Below the pieces are notes generated by a model. That model was given only the letters and a program-made list of their open reading frames with translations. It was not told the origin of the DNA and ran no database searches. Positions 26,887 through 41,239 of a DNA stretch of 64,000 nt are shown here, one piece after another. The position numbers were made by a program, and so were the translations under genes. How positions within the stretch are numbered: position 1 is the first letter of the stretch; every line of letters begins with the position of its first letter. Source of the DNA: Octopus vulgaris (Eukaryota); assembly GCA_951406725.2 (NCBI GenBank), contig OX597815.1:204166001-204230000 (forward strand), written 5' to 3'.

Positions 26887-27829
26887 CACATATGTGTGTG
26901 TGCGTGTGTGCGCGTGTGTATAGTTTGTAACTATTTGTAAGAAATAATGCAAGTGGATTGTTCGTATTTTAACTTGTATTTCATTATTTCAGGGTTAGGA
27001 CTCCTTCTTCAAAACTTCTACTGAGACGTGGTGTTGTGAACTAACGTCTTTGTTCTGTAGTGTATGTATTTGAAAGGTTGCTCTGCATGTGCAGGATAGC
27101 GTTACTATAGTAGCTAATCAGCTGCGTGTAACGTGGTTCTGTGGTTAATATGTGGTTTACTCTTGGTAATTATGATGGCGTCTTTTATTCCGAATTTCCC
27201 ACTGTTTCATTCTGTCTTCAATGAAAATCTGAAGGTCTTAGATATGGAATTTCCGTATGTAAGTGTATTAATTCCAAGATATTCTCAAGTATAGATCATC
27301 AGTGTTTTTTCCTGCGGTCTCAAAAGGTTTCGAATATTTTAACAGCAGAGCCTCTTCCCCATTTGATTCAGCCGGGGTTGATCAAGTCTCAGCTTGAATC
27401 CCAGTAAATATTTCGTTCTGATTTTATGATTCATTCGACTCAGAACTTTACTTGTCCGAATGATCACTTTATAGTGAGAACATTTGTGAACTGTCAAATT
27501 CAATCACTAGCATCGAATTCCTGTTACATTTCTCTTCCGCCTAAAGCCCTCAGTACATATGTAGTTACATCATATATATTTAAGCAACCACAGAAGATAG
27601 GTTTTCTTAAGAAAACTCAAAGGGACCGGTCTTCCTTCATTTAGGAAAGTTATCTTGCGCTGGGTCCCACACTAGTATTTTATACCACGTAACTAGGTCT
27701 AGTATCGGTAACCTTATTAATTTCATTGTCAAATTTACCTGAAAAGGCCACAAGGGTTTCTCCACCCTCGTCTAAGTAGGTTACCCCAGACACCAACCTT
27801 GTATTTTAAGCATTAGGCTTTCTGTAACC

Positions 27830-28330
27830 TCGAGGTTTGCTTGAATCTCGTCGGGCTCTCGTCGCTCTCTATTGAGCGCAATGCAATCGGTGAAATTTCT
27901 TCGTTAGCAACATATAGAGATCAAGTAGTACGTAAGCATGACGACGTTCTCGGGGAAACTAGACGTCGATAAGAACGAACTAGCTGGTCTATTTCGGAGG
28001 ACTTTCGGGCCGGAGACTACATGGATAATTTCATCAATTATCTGATCTAGAAGAGTTACCGAGGAACATTGCCGATCGAGATAAATTCTATAAGCATGGA
28101 ATCATTGTCAGACGAGACTACTCAAGATGCACCCAGACAGACTAAAGTGTACTGCACGCACTCGTGCAATGATCGGGTATTGCTGACAATGTTGATCAGC
28201 TGTGGAAAGTGAAGATGGAAATTGCTCTCTCTCCCAATGAATTTGTAAAAGGTGGGCGTCTAACACAAATGGTTAGAGTGAATGGGTCTATTCTAAGCCT
28301 ACGCCTGCAGATTGGAGAAGAACAGTTGGG
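27830..28330 (+). mobile_element. Degenerate Tx1/L1-clade LINE fragment (ORF2 C-terminus)
   Basis: ...HDDVLGET...LFRRTFGP..MDNF...VLHALVQ aligns by eye with the C-terminus of the element at 47280-47615. Confidence 0.7.
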
Positions 28331-28700
28331 TAAGAGCTCGTGCATCCGTCTCTCTACGTTCTGACTTCAAATGCCACTGAGGTCGACTTTGCCTTCCATA
28401 AAATAAGTACCATTAGAGTACTGGGGTCGATGTAATCGATTTACCCCCTCCCACGATACTGCTTGCTTTCTGCCAAAATTTCAAACCATTATTATTATTA
28501 TTATTGAGGCGGCAAGCTGGTAGAATCTGTTGCATGCCGGAGAAAATATTTAGCGGGATTTTGTCCATCTTTATGTTTTGAGTTCAAATTCCGCCGATGT
28601 CGTCTTTGCCATTCTTCCCTTTCGAGTCGATAAAATAAGTACCGATCTTTGAGGTCAACGTAATCGACTATCGTGTTGCCCGAAATTTCTGGCTTTATTA
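28330..28700 (+). mobile_element. Two degenerate family B SINE copies
   Basis: gaggtcgactttgccttc...taagtacc...ggggtcgatgtaatcga, followed by ggcggcaagctggtagaa...gagttcaaattccgccga. Confidence 0.65.
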
Positions 28701-29375
28701 TTTTATAGGATAAACAATTTCATTATTTATTATTTAAAGAGAAGATAAAACCAATTAAAAGTTATAAATTAATAGAATGTATTATGCAATATGAAGAATA
28801 ACAACTGTTAATAACCTTCGTATTTATTTCTTATGCTGTAGAAATGAGCATATTGCTTTTACTCTCGGATGTTTTCTGAAGATAGAAACAAAAGGGTAAT
28901 AAAATAATGACAAGAACAAAACTCTAAAAGATTTTTTTTTTTAATAGAAAAGCAGAACTCCAAAACGTAAAGAAAATATCAAGACAAACAGACAATTGGG
29001 AAAACAAACAGAAAAAGCAAAACATTTTATATGCACGTCGGTTTCTTTAGTTTTATTTACTATTTTGTCTTTTATTTTTTTATTTTCCTTTTCTCCCGTT
29101 ATAAAGTACTTTTTCTTTGTCTTTATTCAGTACATTTTTATCTTAAGAAATGCCGTACATTTATTTCTATTTCATTTTTAAAATTTTATTTATTTATTTA
29201 TTTATTTATAAGTGTTTACGCGTCGTTTTGTTAACAGAAAATCTATGCATAAATCAATAGATATAGGTCTGGTTCATACATATATATCCACATGCGCACA
29301 TATGCACGTGCACCCAGACACTTACATATATACACACATATACATACGTACATATACAAGTAACTACACTTATTC

Positions 29376-29446
<71 letters not shown>

Positions 29447-29461
29447 ATGTATATATGCAAT

Positions 29462-29877
29462 AGACGCAGGAGTGGCTGTGTGGTAAGTAGCTTGTTTACC
29501 AACCACATGGTTCCGGGTTCAGTTCCACTGCGTGGCACCTTGGGCAAGTGTCTTCTACTATAGCCTCGGGCCGACCAAAGCCTTGTGAGTGGATTTGGTA
29601 GACGGAAACTGAAAGAAGCCCGTCGTATATATGTGTATATATATATATATATGCATATGTGTGTTTGTGTGTCTGTGTTTGTCCCCCTAGCATTGCTTGA
29701 CAACCGATGCTGGTCTGTTTGCGTCCCCGTTACTTAGCGGTTCGGCAAAAGAGATCGATAGAATAAGTACTGGGCTTACAAAAAGAATAAGTCCCAGGGT
29801 CGAGTTGCTCGATTAAAGGTGGTGCTCCAGCATGGCCGCAGTCAAATGACTGAAACAAGTAAAAGAGTAAAAGAGTA
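29462..29877 (+). mobile_element. SINE family A, full length
   Basis: Complete head, internal TA/TG tract, 3' ggtgctccagcatggccgcagtcaaatgactgaaacaag and (taaaagag)n tail. Confidence 0.9.
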
Positions 29878-30743
29878 ATGTATATATGTATGTATATTTG
29901 TATGTATGTATATATGTATGTATGTATGTATGTATGCACGTACGTATGTATGCATGTACATATGTGTATAATCACAAGCAGCACCAAAAGTGTTAGTAAC
30001 AGTATCCGTTTTTGATGATGACGATGACGAAGACGATGGTAATCATCATCATTGTCATCATCAACATTATCATCAACAATCATCATCAAATAGAAAAATA
30101 AAGGACGGATTAAATGCACAGTTGAAAGACAAAAAAAACCCAAAAAACAATGATATATAAAGCGATAATCGAAAAACCGAAGTGAAAAGAACATGCGTGT
30201 ATTTTTGACGTTTAGTTAAAAGAGAAGGAAAACAAGAGAAATTAGATTAAGTGCGAAAAAGATAAATCAACAAAAGATCTTGAAAAAAAAATTTAGTTAA
30301 ATGAAGGAAAAAAAAACCTAAGTATGGAGTAACAAAGTAGAAAATGTCTGGTTGTGAAAATGTGAAAACGAAAAAATCTTGATAGGGAAGAGATAAAAAA
30401 AGAGTTATTGCCTAAGTTGTTTGTTAGAATATTAGGTTTTTATTCAGCTTTGTGTGTCAAGGTCTATATTGTTGTTAAAGTTTTGTAAACATTAAGATAT
30501 TATTCATTATATGAGTAAGAGGAAGAAAAAGAAAAAAATAGATATTGTTTCAAACGTCGCTGATTGTGAGAATGTCAGGCATGTCAGTGTACTTAGCATA
30601 GATAAGGCTCGTTCTCTACTGCATGTTCCTGCCATGGCCTCACCATTCAATTTTTAAATAATTAAAATTCAAGAGTTGTCGCCCATGAATTTTTTTTAAT
30701 AGAACCAGTGCTCTGTGATTAAAACGTTGGCTTTGCAATCATA

Positions 30744-30946
30744 TAGGTGCGGGTTCAGCCCCTTTTTCTACTGTAGTCCCAGGCTGACCAATACTTTGTG
30801 AATGAGTTTGAGAGACAGAAACTATTCTGAGCATACTCCTTTGTCTGCGTGTGTGTGTGTCTCTGTCCGTCGGTGCCTGTGGGTGTGTGTGTGTCTCTGT
30901 CCGTCTGTCTGTCTCTGTGTGTCTCTGTCCGTCTGTCTGTCTCTGT

Positions 30947-31005
<59 letters not shown>

Positions 31006-31215
31006 TGACTTTGTCACCCTACCCCCCGCTTCACAACCGATGATTTTTTAAATCCCTGTAACTTAGCAGCTCGGAAAAAAAGACCGATAAAATAATTACG
31101 AGCCTTAAAATGTATAAGGAGAGGAGTTGATTTGTTCGAATAAAAATCCTCGAATGCGATGCCCCAGCATGTCCGCAGTCCAATGACGGAATCAATTAAA
31201 AAGAAAGAAAAAAAG
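30744..31215 (+). mobile_element. Degenerate SINE family A
   Basis: Diverged head, expanded TG tract, caaccgatg..cctgtaacttagc..ccagcatg.ccgcagtc tail. Confidence 0.6.
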
Positions 31216-32347
31216 ATAGGTAGAAGCAAGTAACTTTTCTTTTTTACTTTTTTTCCATATCACAATTCTAGTAATTTTAATTGATTAAGGATTTTAATTC
31301 AATGCCACATGTATTCAAGGCAACAAATTGGTAGTATCATTAGAACATCCAGCAGAATGGTAAATGAAGTACAAGTGTATGATAATGTATTTAGCGCCAG
31401 ACGAGATACCATTCTCTATCTGGCCTGGCTCTCTATTTTCTGGCGTAACATTTGTGACGTCATTGGTACCAGGCTTTTTATGCGTTGACATTCACTGAAG
31501 CAACATTGGTGGCTTGGAGTGGGGAGACATGCTTGTATGGGCAGCTGCTAGAGTTCCATAGAAAATATCTTATCCAAGCGTGCATCTTGGAGAGAAATTT
31601 ACCATTGCATATATCCATACGGTCCATAACTGACAACTATCGTCATGGACATAGGATATGTTAGCGCTCCCCCAATTATTTGTTTTTCATGGCTGAAGGC
31701 ATACCTCGGAAAATGCACACCAGCATGCCTAGTGTGGGGTTCCTTTTCAAACAAACAGACATATAGTCGATTGTCCTATCTTTTCTCTTTTTTTTATTTT
31801 TAGAAGACTCATTGGAAATTTTTAATTGAAGCTGAAATCCAATGGTTCATTTAGAATTGTTGCTATTCTTCAGTCCCAAGTCGGTATTCTTAAAGGCTTT
31901 CCAACTGCGGTCATGCCGCCTATTTTCACTCATTCTGTGCGGAATTTCCGTTATCCAATGTTTTCTTCTGTTTTTGCAAATATTATAAGAGTGATTATTT
32001 GAGGAAAATTTGGCTACTGCTTTTAGCAGATCAAGTGGATCTATAGACGCTTCCTAGTTAGCTCGCCATATGTAATATTAAAGCGATGAACTTCAGTCGA
32101 ATTGTGAAATAGTCTCGATTCATAGTTGAAATAATTTCACTTCACATACGCAACTAATGTCAACTAGAAATTGTAATTAAGGACAAACCTCTTCTAAATA
32201 ACAAATTCTCAGTGTCTTATCGAAAAAAAGACATTTAGTATCTTATTTAAATGAGTTATTTTTAAATGAACATTGCTTTAAGATTGGAGGTTGTTTGATG
32301 GTAAAAGTGTGGAAGCCTGTCGTACACATAACATATAGTATAACATA

Positions 32348-32548
32348 ATGCGTGTGTGTGTGTGTGTTTGTAAGCGTGTGTGTGCGTGTGTACGTGTATG
32401 TCTGTGTGCGTATGTGTGTGAGAGCGTCGGTACGTACGTGCGTGCGTACGTGCGTGCGTGCGTACGTGCGTGCGTGCGTGTGTACGTGCGTACGTGCGTG
32501 CGTGCGTGCGTGTGTGTGTACGTGCGTACGTGCGTGCGTGTGTGTGAT
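32348..32548. repeat. (TG)n/(TGCG)n/(TACG)n compound microsatellite
   Basis: Directly visible. Confidence 0.9.
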
Positions 32549-34405
32549 GTGCATGTATGTGGGAATGTTCGTTTGTATGCATGAATGTAAAATTGTTGAT
32601 CGAGTTTCCTTAGCGTCAAAAGAAATTTCGGCATTCGGTAAAATTGTGGTCGACATGAGCAACTTAAACCTTTGGAGATAGCGTACCATTATGAGTGCAA
32701 TCCAGCTTCTAAAACCAGCAAAAGAATAAAAGAACCCATTTTCCTCAGTCTCAATAGTGAGGCATTTGTAGCAAGCATATGTGAAACAAATGCATTGGAT
32801 TAGCAATCCAACTAATCAGAGATTTACGTTTAACACTCTGAAATCCTTAATATCACATAAACAAGAAATCTTTAAAAAGTTTTCTTTATCTTTTTTTTTT
32901 AAGATTAAGATTTAAGTATGAATGTGTGTTTCATTTAACATGATATTTAAATACATTTGGTTAAAGAAGGAGTATTTGTTAGATTTGCTTCTTATGCTGG
33001 AGAAAAATGAGGCGGGAAAGGAGAAGTAAATGTTATTCATACAATCCTTTCCAACGTGGAGATATTTCCTTTTATACGAAACATTTGCAATACTTAAAAG
33101 ATTAACATTAATTTACATTGAATTTCAAGAATCAGTCCATTGAGTCCCCTGTTTGCAAGTACGTGTGTCATAATCTATATGTGTACTTAGAAAGGACAGC
33201 TATTACTTATCTCACCAATCTGAAAATAGTAAACGATTACCATGTAAAGATAGTGCTATATATTATGCATTGCCAAACTCTTGTTACTATAATCAGTTTG
33301 GCATTAAGAGAAAAAGATAAACAAAAGACATCACATTTTGGATCACTTAGTATAGAATAATATTTACATTATTAACCCCTGAGAGAGGAATAGATGTACT
33401 TTAACATGATACAGATTAACAAGTTGCCAATTTTAGTACTGCTTAAAAGAGACTTTGATGTGTAGTGTTCTCTTTTATAAATTAGTCACAGGAGAAATGA
33501 TAGTAACCGTATCCTTTGTAGATCCTCCTTAATTAGTAAGCCTGGTGTAACCGATACCCAGTCTGAATATCTTCTAGTTAATGTCTACAGAGAACGAGCT
33601 GCATAGCGAGGAAATTGTATATCTGGATGCAATGATTTCTGTTCCGCTTCAGACGACCAAGGTTCAGGTTCTGATCTTAAAGGGGCTGGCTTAGTAGCTT
33701 GTTCATGTATTGCTTGATTAACTCATTAATGCTAAACATATCGATTATATTCGACGTTCTGTCATAGAAATTATAACTCGGAATATACTGTCTTAGCAAA
33801 AGGAGTAATGACCTGTACGAAGAAGAGAATACTCTATTAGGATGTCGGGAAACTTACTTGGAGATAACTTGCTGAATACAAGTCACCTTACAGACCAAAA
33901 ACTTTCAACACATGATTGACTGAAGTCCCTTGACTTATGCATCATACGTAAATTTTATTATTATAATACTGTCTGAAACCAATATGTATCGCTTAGAGTT
34001 GTAAATGAATCAGCGATCAGATACATAAAGCGACAGTTCAGATTAGCAGCAATAATGCAGGGTTATAATCACATAAACGTCATGATTCTTCTAAAATCAA
34101 ATGTAGTAAAGATGAGTTTCATTCCTCAAAGACATAGTGTAACTAAATCTTTGAAGAATGAAACTACATGTTTACTAAATTTGATCTTAGTAGATACAAG
34201 GTACTTACAATTGGTTATAGTATTTTTTGGGTGTCTATGCAATGATATTTATGATTCTAATATTCCAGAATTTGAATCCTGCCAAATAAAATCTTGTTTA
34301 ACTAGATAGGTTTTTTTTTAGTTTTACAGTTAGAGATGATGAGGGATGAATACTAAGGAGGTAATTTTTGTATTACTCAGTACATTCTAAACACAGCTGA
34401 TAGTG

Positions 34406-34472
<67 letters not shown>

Positions 34473-36420
34473 TTATTTACGTGTTCAGTGTATTTATATC
34501 AGGGAGAGCACATTGGACGAAACAGTTTTTTCTTCCGTAATGGAAAGATTTATGGCCAGAGAAGTAATAACATTTATCGTTCAAAGTAGAAGTTCAGTCG
34601 TTTCATCTTCTATTAATTCTTTCCACCTCTCATTTATCCAAAGTCTACAGACATTAACTAGATGTTCAACCCGTATATCAACTACACTAGTTTCACCAGT
34701 TAAGGAGATTCTGCATAGGACATGGTCACTATAACTTCTCACCTGACTAATTTCTAAAAGAGAATATTCTAAATTTATATTTCTTTCATGCACCAATCAA
34801 ATTTGCAACTTATTAAGTTGTATCATATTCAGCTACATCTAGTCCTTTAAAGCTAGAGTTCATAAAGTAAAAATAATCCAATATTAAGGGACCCGACAGT
34901 TGATATCGTTATTTATGTAGGTGTCAGATGTATTTGTGTGTCTGTGTATTACTGACAAAAAGCTTCGCAAGAATTTCTTTTTCAGCATAGAAGGTATAAA
35001 TTAAATTCCTTTCGTATAATAACAATATGAGTATTAGAAAATATTGTAAATCATAATTATATTGTGTTATCGTATTTCTACTTTTTTTTACATTGAAACT
35101 AGTTTTTAAGAAAAAGGTGAAAATAAACTTCAAATAAAATTTTAGATAATGCAGGGAATTTTGATTAAGCTATACCATACGTAAGTTTTCAAAACGTTTT
35201 TATTTAAACATCATATTCTGCGTTTAGGGGAAAAACACGTGTCCCAAATAATCATAATTCATACAACGTATTCAAGTTTTTCATAGTATTACAGTTAACT
35301 TTAGTGTATATTTTGTCATATTTTTTCTTCGATATTGTAATATGTGTTTGAGTAACTAATAAAGATTGCATTACCATCTAATTAATACCATAAAGAATTG
35401 TAATTTATAACTTAATTCTTCAGATTCATTGTAAAACCTGTCTTAAGCATGCGAGGTAAGACAATTTATAGTTTTCTTTTAGCAGTAAAATACACATTTT
35501 CATAATGTATCAAATGGGAGATAGACTGGGCTATTTACTGGGGACTTCTTTAGAAAATATTCTAGTATATTGACCAGCACCTTTGGAATACGGCCATAAG
35601 CGACGGCTTATCTATTTCAATCTGATAAACTTTATTTCACGACGCAGTGTTGGAATCATATTCGGTACTTATGGAACAGTAAGAATATAACAATAGTAAT
35701 GTTAAAAGCGCCTAAAATTTTATACCTATTGCACATTGCAAAGGTTAATATCAGTGTTGGTAAGTACACAGAAGGACGACGAAAAAATTTATAAGACAAT
35801 AAACGGGGGGGAAATGCAAACACGCTCTCCCCCTTATGTCGACCACATACCATCACAATTCCGACAGTTTTCCTACAATATTGTTCAAGTTGGTGATGTC
35901 AGTAACGTAACATTCTGGGCGTACAGACGAGAAACGACAGAAAATATAACTGAGACAGGGACAATGACAAGCAAAGTAAGTTTTATAGACTGAATACATA
36001 AAAATAGATTAAAGTAAGGGAAAATGCAAAACAAAACAATGTATATATAATAAATTTCTTCTGAGATGGCAATAAAATTAAGACGAGTTACGTTAACAAT
36101 GCTGTGTAATAATAATTAGGATAAACGACACGAGAGGAGAAAATGGAAGAAAAAATTGAAGAGAAGTCATTTAGTAAGGAAAGATTCTTTGGCTGTAACT
36201 AGTTACACATATAGAGATAGATTCACTAAGTAAAACATAAACTTTTAAGGTTGTAACAAATAAGTTAGAATAAAGTATTTATATAAATTAGTGATACTTC
36301 ATGCGCTAATATTTTAAATATTTAACCATAAAAATGAAGTATATATATATATATATAAATGAAGTATATATATATATATATAAATGAAGTATATATACAT
36401 AAAAATGAAGTATATATACA

Positions 36421-36755
36421 TAAAGGCCTGCAACATCAATATTAGCGGTTGGGAGGCAGTTGCCGGCAACCGTGGGGAATGGCGACGTACCGTAAAAGAG
36501 GGAATACAAAGGAGTGACAGAGAGAGAGAGGAGAAATGGAAAGAAAAGAAGAGACGTCAACAAGAAACTATGGCACTACAACCAGCCAGGAACAGTCTTC
36601 GCTACATTTGCGGTACCTGCCAGAGGGAGTGTTTGTCCAGGATAGGACTACACAGCCACAGCAGGAAATGTATCAGGACATGAAATGTAAAAGCCGGACT
36701 AGACTACTTTATGCGCAACTCCATTGTCTCCCGAGATAAAAAGGATGCCAACCAA
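36421..36755 (+). mobile_element. RTE-clade (BovB-like) LINE 3' fragment
   Basis: KACNINISGWEAVAGNRGEWRRTVKEG...YICGTCQRECLSRIGLHSHSRKC*, typical of the RTE ORF2 C-terminus with a C2H2-like motif; 3' UTR ccattgtctcccgagata..aggatgcca. Confidence 0.85.
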
Positions 36756-36785
36756 TATATATATATATATATATATATATGTATA

Positions 36786-37183
36786 CTAGCAGTATCGCCC
36801 GGCGTTGCTCGGGTTTGTAAGGGAAATAACTATATAATCATTTTTAGAGAGTTATAGCAAAATAATAGCAAAAAAATGCATTAAAAATGGAATAAAAAAT
36901 GATGGTAATTTTTTTTTTAAATCGTTGACTCATCGTAGACATTATTAGAGAGTTACTTCCCTTATATAATATCGAAAAAATGCATTAAAATGGAAAAAAT
37001 GATGGTAAATATTTTTAAAATCGTAGACTCATTGTAGACGCGCGCTAATACCCAGAAGGGCTCGATATGAATCACGACTATAAGATACCCGGTTTTGGTT
37101 AAACTGCACCGCAAAATGTGGGAGTAGTTAGGAATCTAAATCGTAGGAGATAGACTTCACACAACTTCACTTTTATATATAGA
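36786..37183 (-). mobile_element. Non-autonomous Helitron
   Basis: Minus-strand 5' TCTATATATAAAAGTGAAGTTGTGTG; 3' cccgagcaacgccgggcgatactgCTAG|T; same family as 51206-51546. Confidence 0.88.
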
Positions 37184-37212
37184 AGCTCCTTATATAATAA
37201 ATTAATTTACTG

Positions 37213-37262
<50 letters not shown>

Positions 37263-38528
37263 ATCATTGAATAACTTTCAATAGTCATGTAACAAACCAT
37301 AGACGCATAATGTTTAAACGATAGACAAATAAGGATCAAAGATATGCAAATAATGTTAACGTTAGTTTTACGTAGAAGGTTCTAACGTTGTGGTTGAGAT
37401 CTCCATAAGGTCTTTCGTTTAATTCCTAGACACGCTGTGTTCTTCAGGAAGACACATTTCGCGACAACCCATTCTATTCAACTATAATAAGAATCTGCAG
37501 AGAGCCGCTGCAGCCTTCTCTCTACTCCAGGTGTCGCATTCTGTATGTGTGTACCTCTTGATCAAGGGTAAAAAGCTGAGAGTGTGTTTATATCCACTGG
37601 CGAATGCATAGGCACCTAAAGCAATTATTAAAAGCATGGTGCATGTTACCAAACCATATTCGTTTGTGACTGATGGTCGGTTGTACACTGCATTAATTCT
37701 GTTATTCTAAGCATAAGACGAAACAATGCAATTTTTGCATTAGGCTTATATTTGAATTATTGAATTGTAAATAGCATATTTATAAAAAGGCAGTTATGAG
37801 AACAAAGTGTAATTAGTTACGTGATACCATTAAAAGACAATAGCTGAGAGTTGTGTGTTTAGCATACGACAAAGAAGTAGCTGTTAAGTTTTTGTCACAG
37901 TCAATTTGAACTTTCTATGGAAATATGTCCTTGCTTTGTGCAAGAGCCGATAAAAGATGTTCGTATAAGGATATTCGTTTGCTTTGACACCGATCTACTC
38001 ATCAGCTCCAAGTAAAATCAAATCGATGGTACGAAATCCCTAGCAAGAGGCAATATTCTCTTATTGGCATCCCGTTAATTTCTTAAATCATTTAGTTCTC
38101 AAAAATCAAATCCATCTAGCTTCATTTAGACAATACAGCAGAGGGTTACACTTCATTCAAAGCTATGTTGACTGACAATTGCTGATTTTAATTCAACAAA
38201 GTTTGAAGTGTTACCTGCTCCAGATTGCTCCTCTCCCTGGTGTAAATAAAAAGGGCCTGTCAAAGGCTAGTCGTTCTGATTGAAATAAACACTTTCGAAG
38301 TTTCATTTTTGTATCTGGTTTGCAAGATTCTTTATGTGAATTCACGTGTTGGATAATATTGGCATAATGACATTCCCGAGACGCAACAAAATTTCGAAGC
38401 TCATCACCAGAAAAGTAAACAAGAAATTTCCTTTCCTTTCCTTTTCTTTTCTTGTCCTGTGCTAGTAAAATAAAATGAGCCAAACTTGAAACGGATAGCA
38501 ACTTTTAGGTATATTCACTGTATGGAGG

Positions 38529-38880
38529 GTTCCGGTTTATCCGACCAACGGAACAGCCTGCTCGTGAAATTAACGTGTAAGTGGCTGAGCACTCCACAGA
38601 CACGTGTACCCTTAACATAGTTCTCGGGGATATTCAGCGTGACACAGAGAGTGACAAGGCCGGCCCTTTGAAATACAGGTACAACAGAAACAGGAAGTAA
38701 GAGTGAGAGAAAGTTATGGTGAAAGAGTACAGCAGGGATCACCACCATCCCCTGCCGGAGCCTCGTGGAGCTTTAGGTGTTTTCGCTCAATAAACACTCA
38801 CAACGCCCGGTCTGGGAATCGAAACCGCGATCCTATGACCGCGAGTCCGCTGCCCTAACCACTGGGCCATTGCGCCGCCA
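38529..38880 (-). mobile_element. tRNA(Arg)-like-headed SINE, family C1, with ~28 bp TSD
   Basis: Head ggcgcaatggcccagtggttagggcagcggactcgcggtc..ggtttcgattccc; direct repeat acttttaggtatattcactgtatggagg at 38501-38528 and 38880-38907. Confidence 0.88.
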
Positions 38881-39079
38881 CTTTTAGGTATATTCACTGT
38901 ATGGAGGAATACTATTATATAACAAATAAAAGTTATACGATTATAAAGCAATGTCTAGGCCCATATATTGTCTGGTAGATCACCATTATTTAACAAGTGA
39001 AAGTTAAGCGATTTTAAATAGAGTAATGGTATTACAAATTCTGCGTAGGAGTAATAAAATATTAATTTATATTATGATA

Positions 39080-39568
<489 letters not shown>

Positions 39569-40239
39569 AATTCAGTTGAATTAGGTACTTAAGTTGAATC
39601 ACCAGGTCAGTCCGGTATTATCCACACAGCTTGAAGTAAGGTGAATAAAACAAATTAAGCAACAGGATATGAAGTAGTAATGTTGTACGACCGTTTCAAG
39701 CGGCTTCATTTAATTGAACAATGAAATCATTACTTAAACATTTTTCAAAAGCGAATTTTTCACATATTACGGATAAAACCTCTTGCCCCTGAATAAGCAA
39801 CATTTCACACCCCAAAATTTCAAGCAGGATTCCCTTCCCCACCTACTTGCAATCTCTTCAACTTGAATAGCTTTTTTCTCATATATCAATTATAAGCCTT
39901 ATATGAACTTTAAGCAAAACAGACAAGTGACCTCTTAAACTTATGCTGAGCTCCTCCATGAAACAAATGCATGGCCACCACACATATCCATGGCATTACA
40001 TGATGTATACGAACTTATGAACCCACAACGCCAAGTGTTTACAACCTTATGAACCAAGTTAGACATCAATTATGTGAAAGATGTGAAAGCCCATTATTGC
40101 GAATACACACCCAATCACGAACAAAATGCATAATCAGATGCAAAGATGTGCATGCGTGTGTGTACATATGTGCAAATGTGACCTCGTGTGTACCGTTTTT
40201 CCCTCTGTCTTCCCTTCTGTGGATCTTTCCTTCTCCTAT

Positions 40240-40274
40240 GTTTCCGACGAAGACCTCTGCTCGAAACGTTAAAC
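40240..40274 (+). ncRNA. Minimal hammerhead-like motif (Penelope pLTR type), variant core
   Basis: gttt CCGACGA agacctctgctc GAAA CG TT aaac: stem I gttt/aaac and palindromic ACGT stem III; the core has C at position 4 and stem II is imperfect. Confidence 0.4.
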
Positions 40275-40369
40275 CCTCCTTCTTTCCTTCTTTCCTGAGC
40301 GTCCAATAATACTTTATTTGTTCCACGTCCTCGCGTTGTTGTGTTTTTTGTGCTTTCTTGTTTGGATTA

Positions 40370-40435
<66 letters not shown>

Positions 40436-41100
40436 ATGTGTGTGTGATGTGTGTGTGTGTGTGTGTGTGTGTACAAGTATGTAAAGACGTGTACATCCAT
40501 GTGTTTATATGCGTATGTGTGTATGCATATATACACATGTGTGTGTGTGGATTTCCGTATGACACCACATGATTCGTATAACGAATAAATAGACAAACTT
40601 ATAAATATATACATGAACTTGTGTATAAATAGACACAGGAACCTAAAACCATATAATGCATTAAGTTTAACGCAAAATAATGTGAAAAATATATGGAAAT
40701 ATATTGTGAAAAACATGTGAAACTACGCAGTCACTCGCAGATATATGCAAATACGAACTGTTATGAGCATACACTTGAAATGTATTATGCAGGTATGGTA
40801 ATGTAAGCCATGGGATAAACTTTAGAACTAAATTTAATGTAAAGGAGATAATAATTCGTCAGTCGTTCCCTCTGATAAGCGTACTTGTTTGCTTACTTCT
40901 GAATATCGCTTGATCTCACGTAATTTTACCTTGTGTTCATCCAAGATGGAAAAGAACAACGTTTCATGCGACAAGATTGATAATTGCAAAGTGTTATCTC
41001 CCTCCCCATGAAACCAATGGTAGCCTGTATAGCCTAATCTAAAAATAACGAATATTTATCCACTAATGCGTTGTTGAGTACTCATTCTCAGTGTTCAACG

Positions 41101-41101
41101 C

Positions 41102-41142
<41 letters not shown>

Positions 41143-41239
41143 GGCGGACGGACGGACGGACGGACGGACGGACGGACGGACGGACGGACGGACGGACGGA
41201 CGGACGGATGGATGGATGGATGGATGGATGGATGGATGG
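41101..41239. repeat. (CAGA)n-(CGGA)n-(TGGA)n compound microsatellite
   Basis: Directly visible. Confidence 0.95.

Noticed and set aside
26960-27030. Minus-strand TGAAGA...GAAA hammerhead-like spacing
   Set aside because: Lacks C3 and convincing stems I and III.
34513-34796. ORFs with a GETSVVD segment, and a similar hint (FFMAEGIP) at ~31685-31710
   Set aside because: Faint resemblance to mariner N-terminal HTH regions, but too decayed to support as a feature or an exon.
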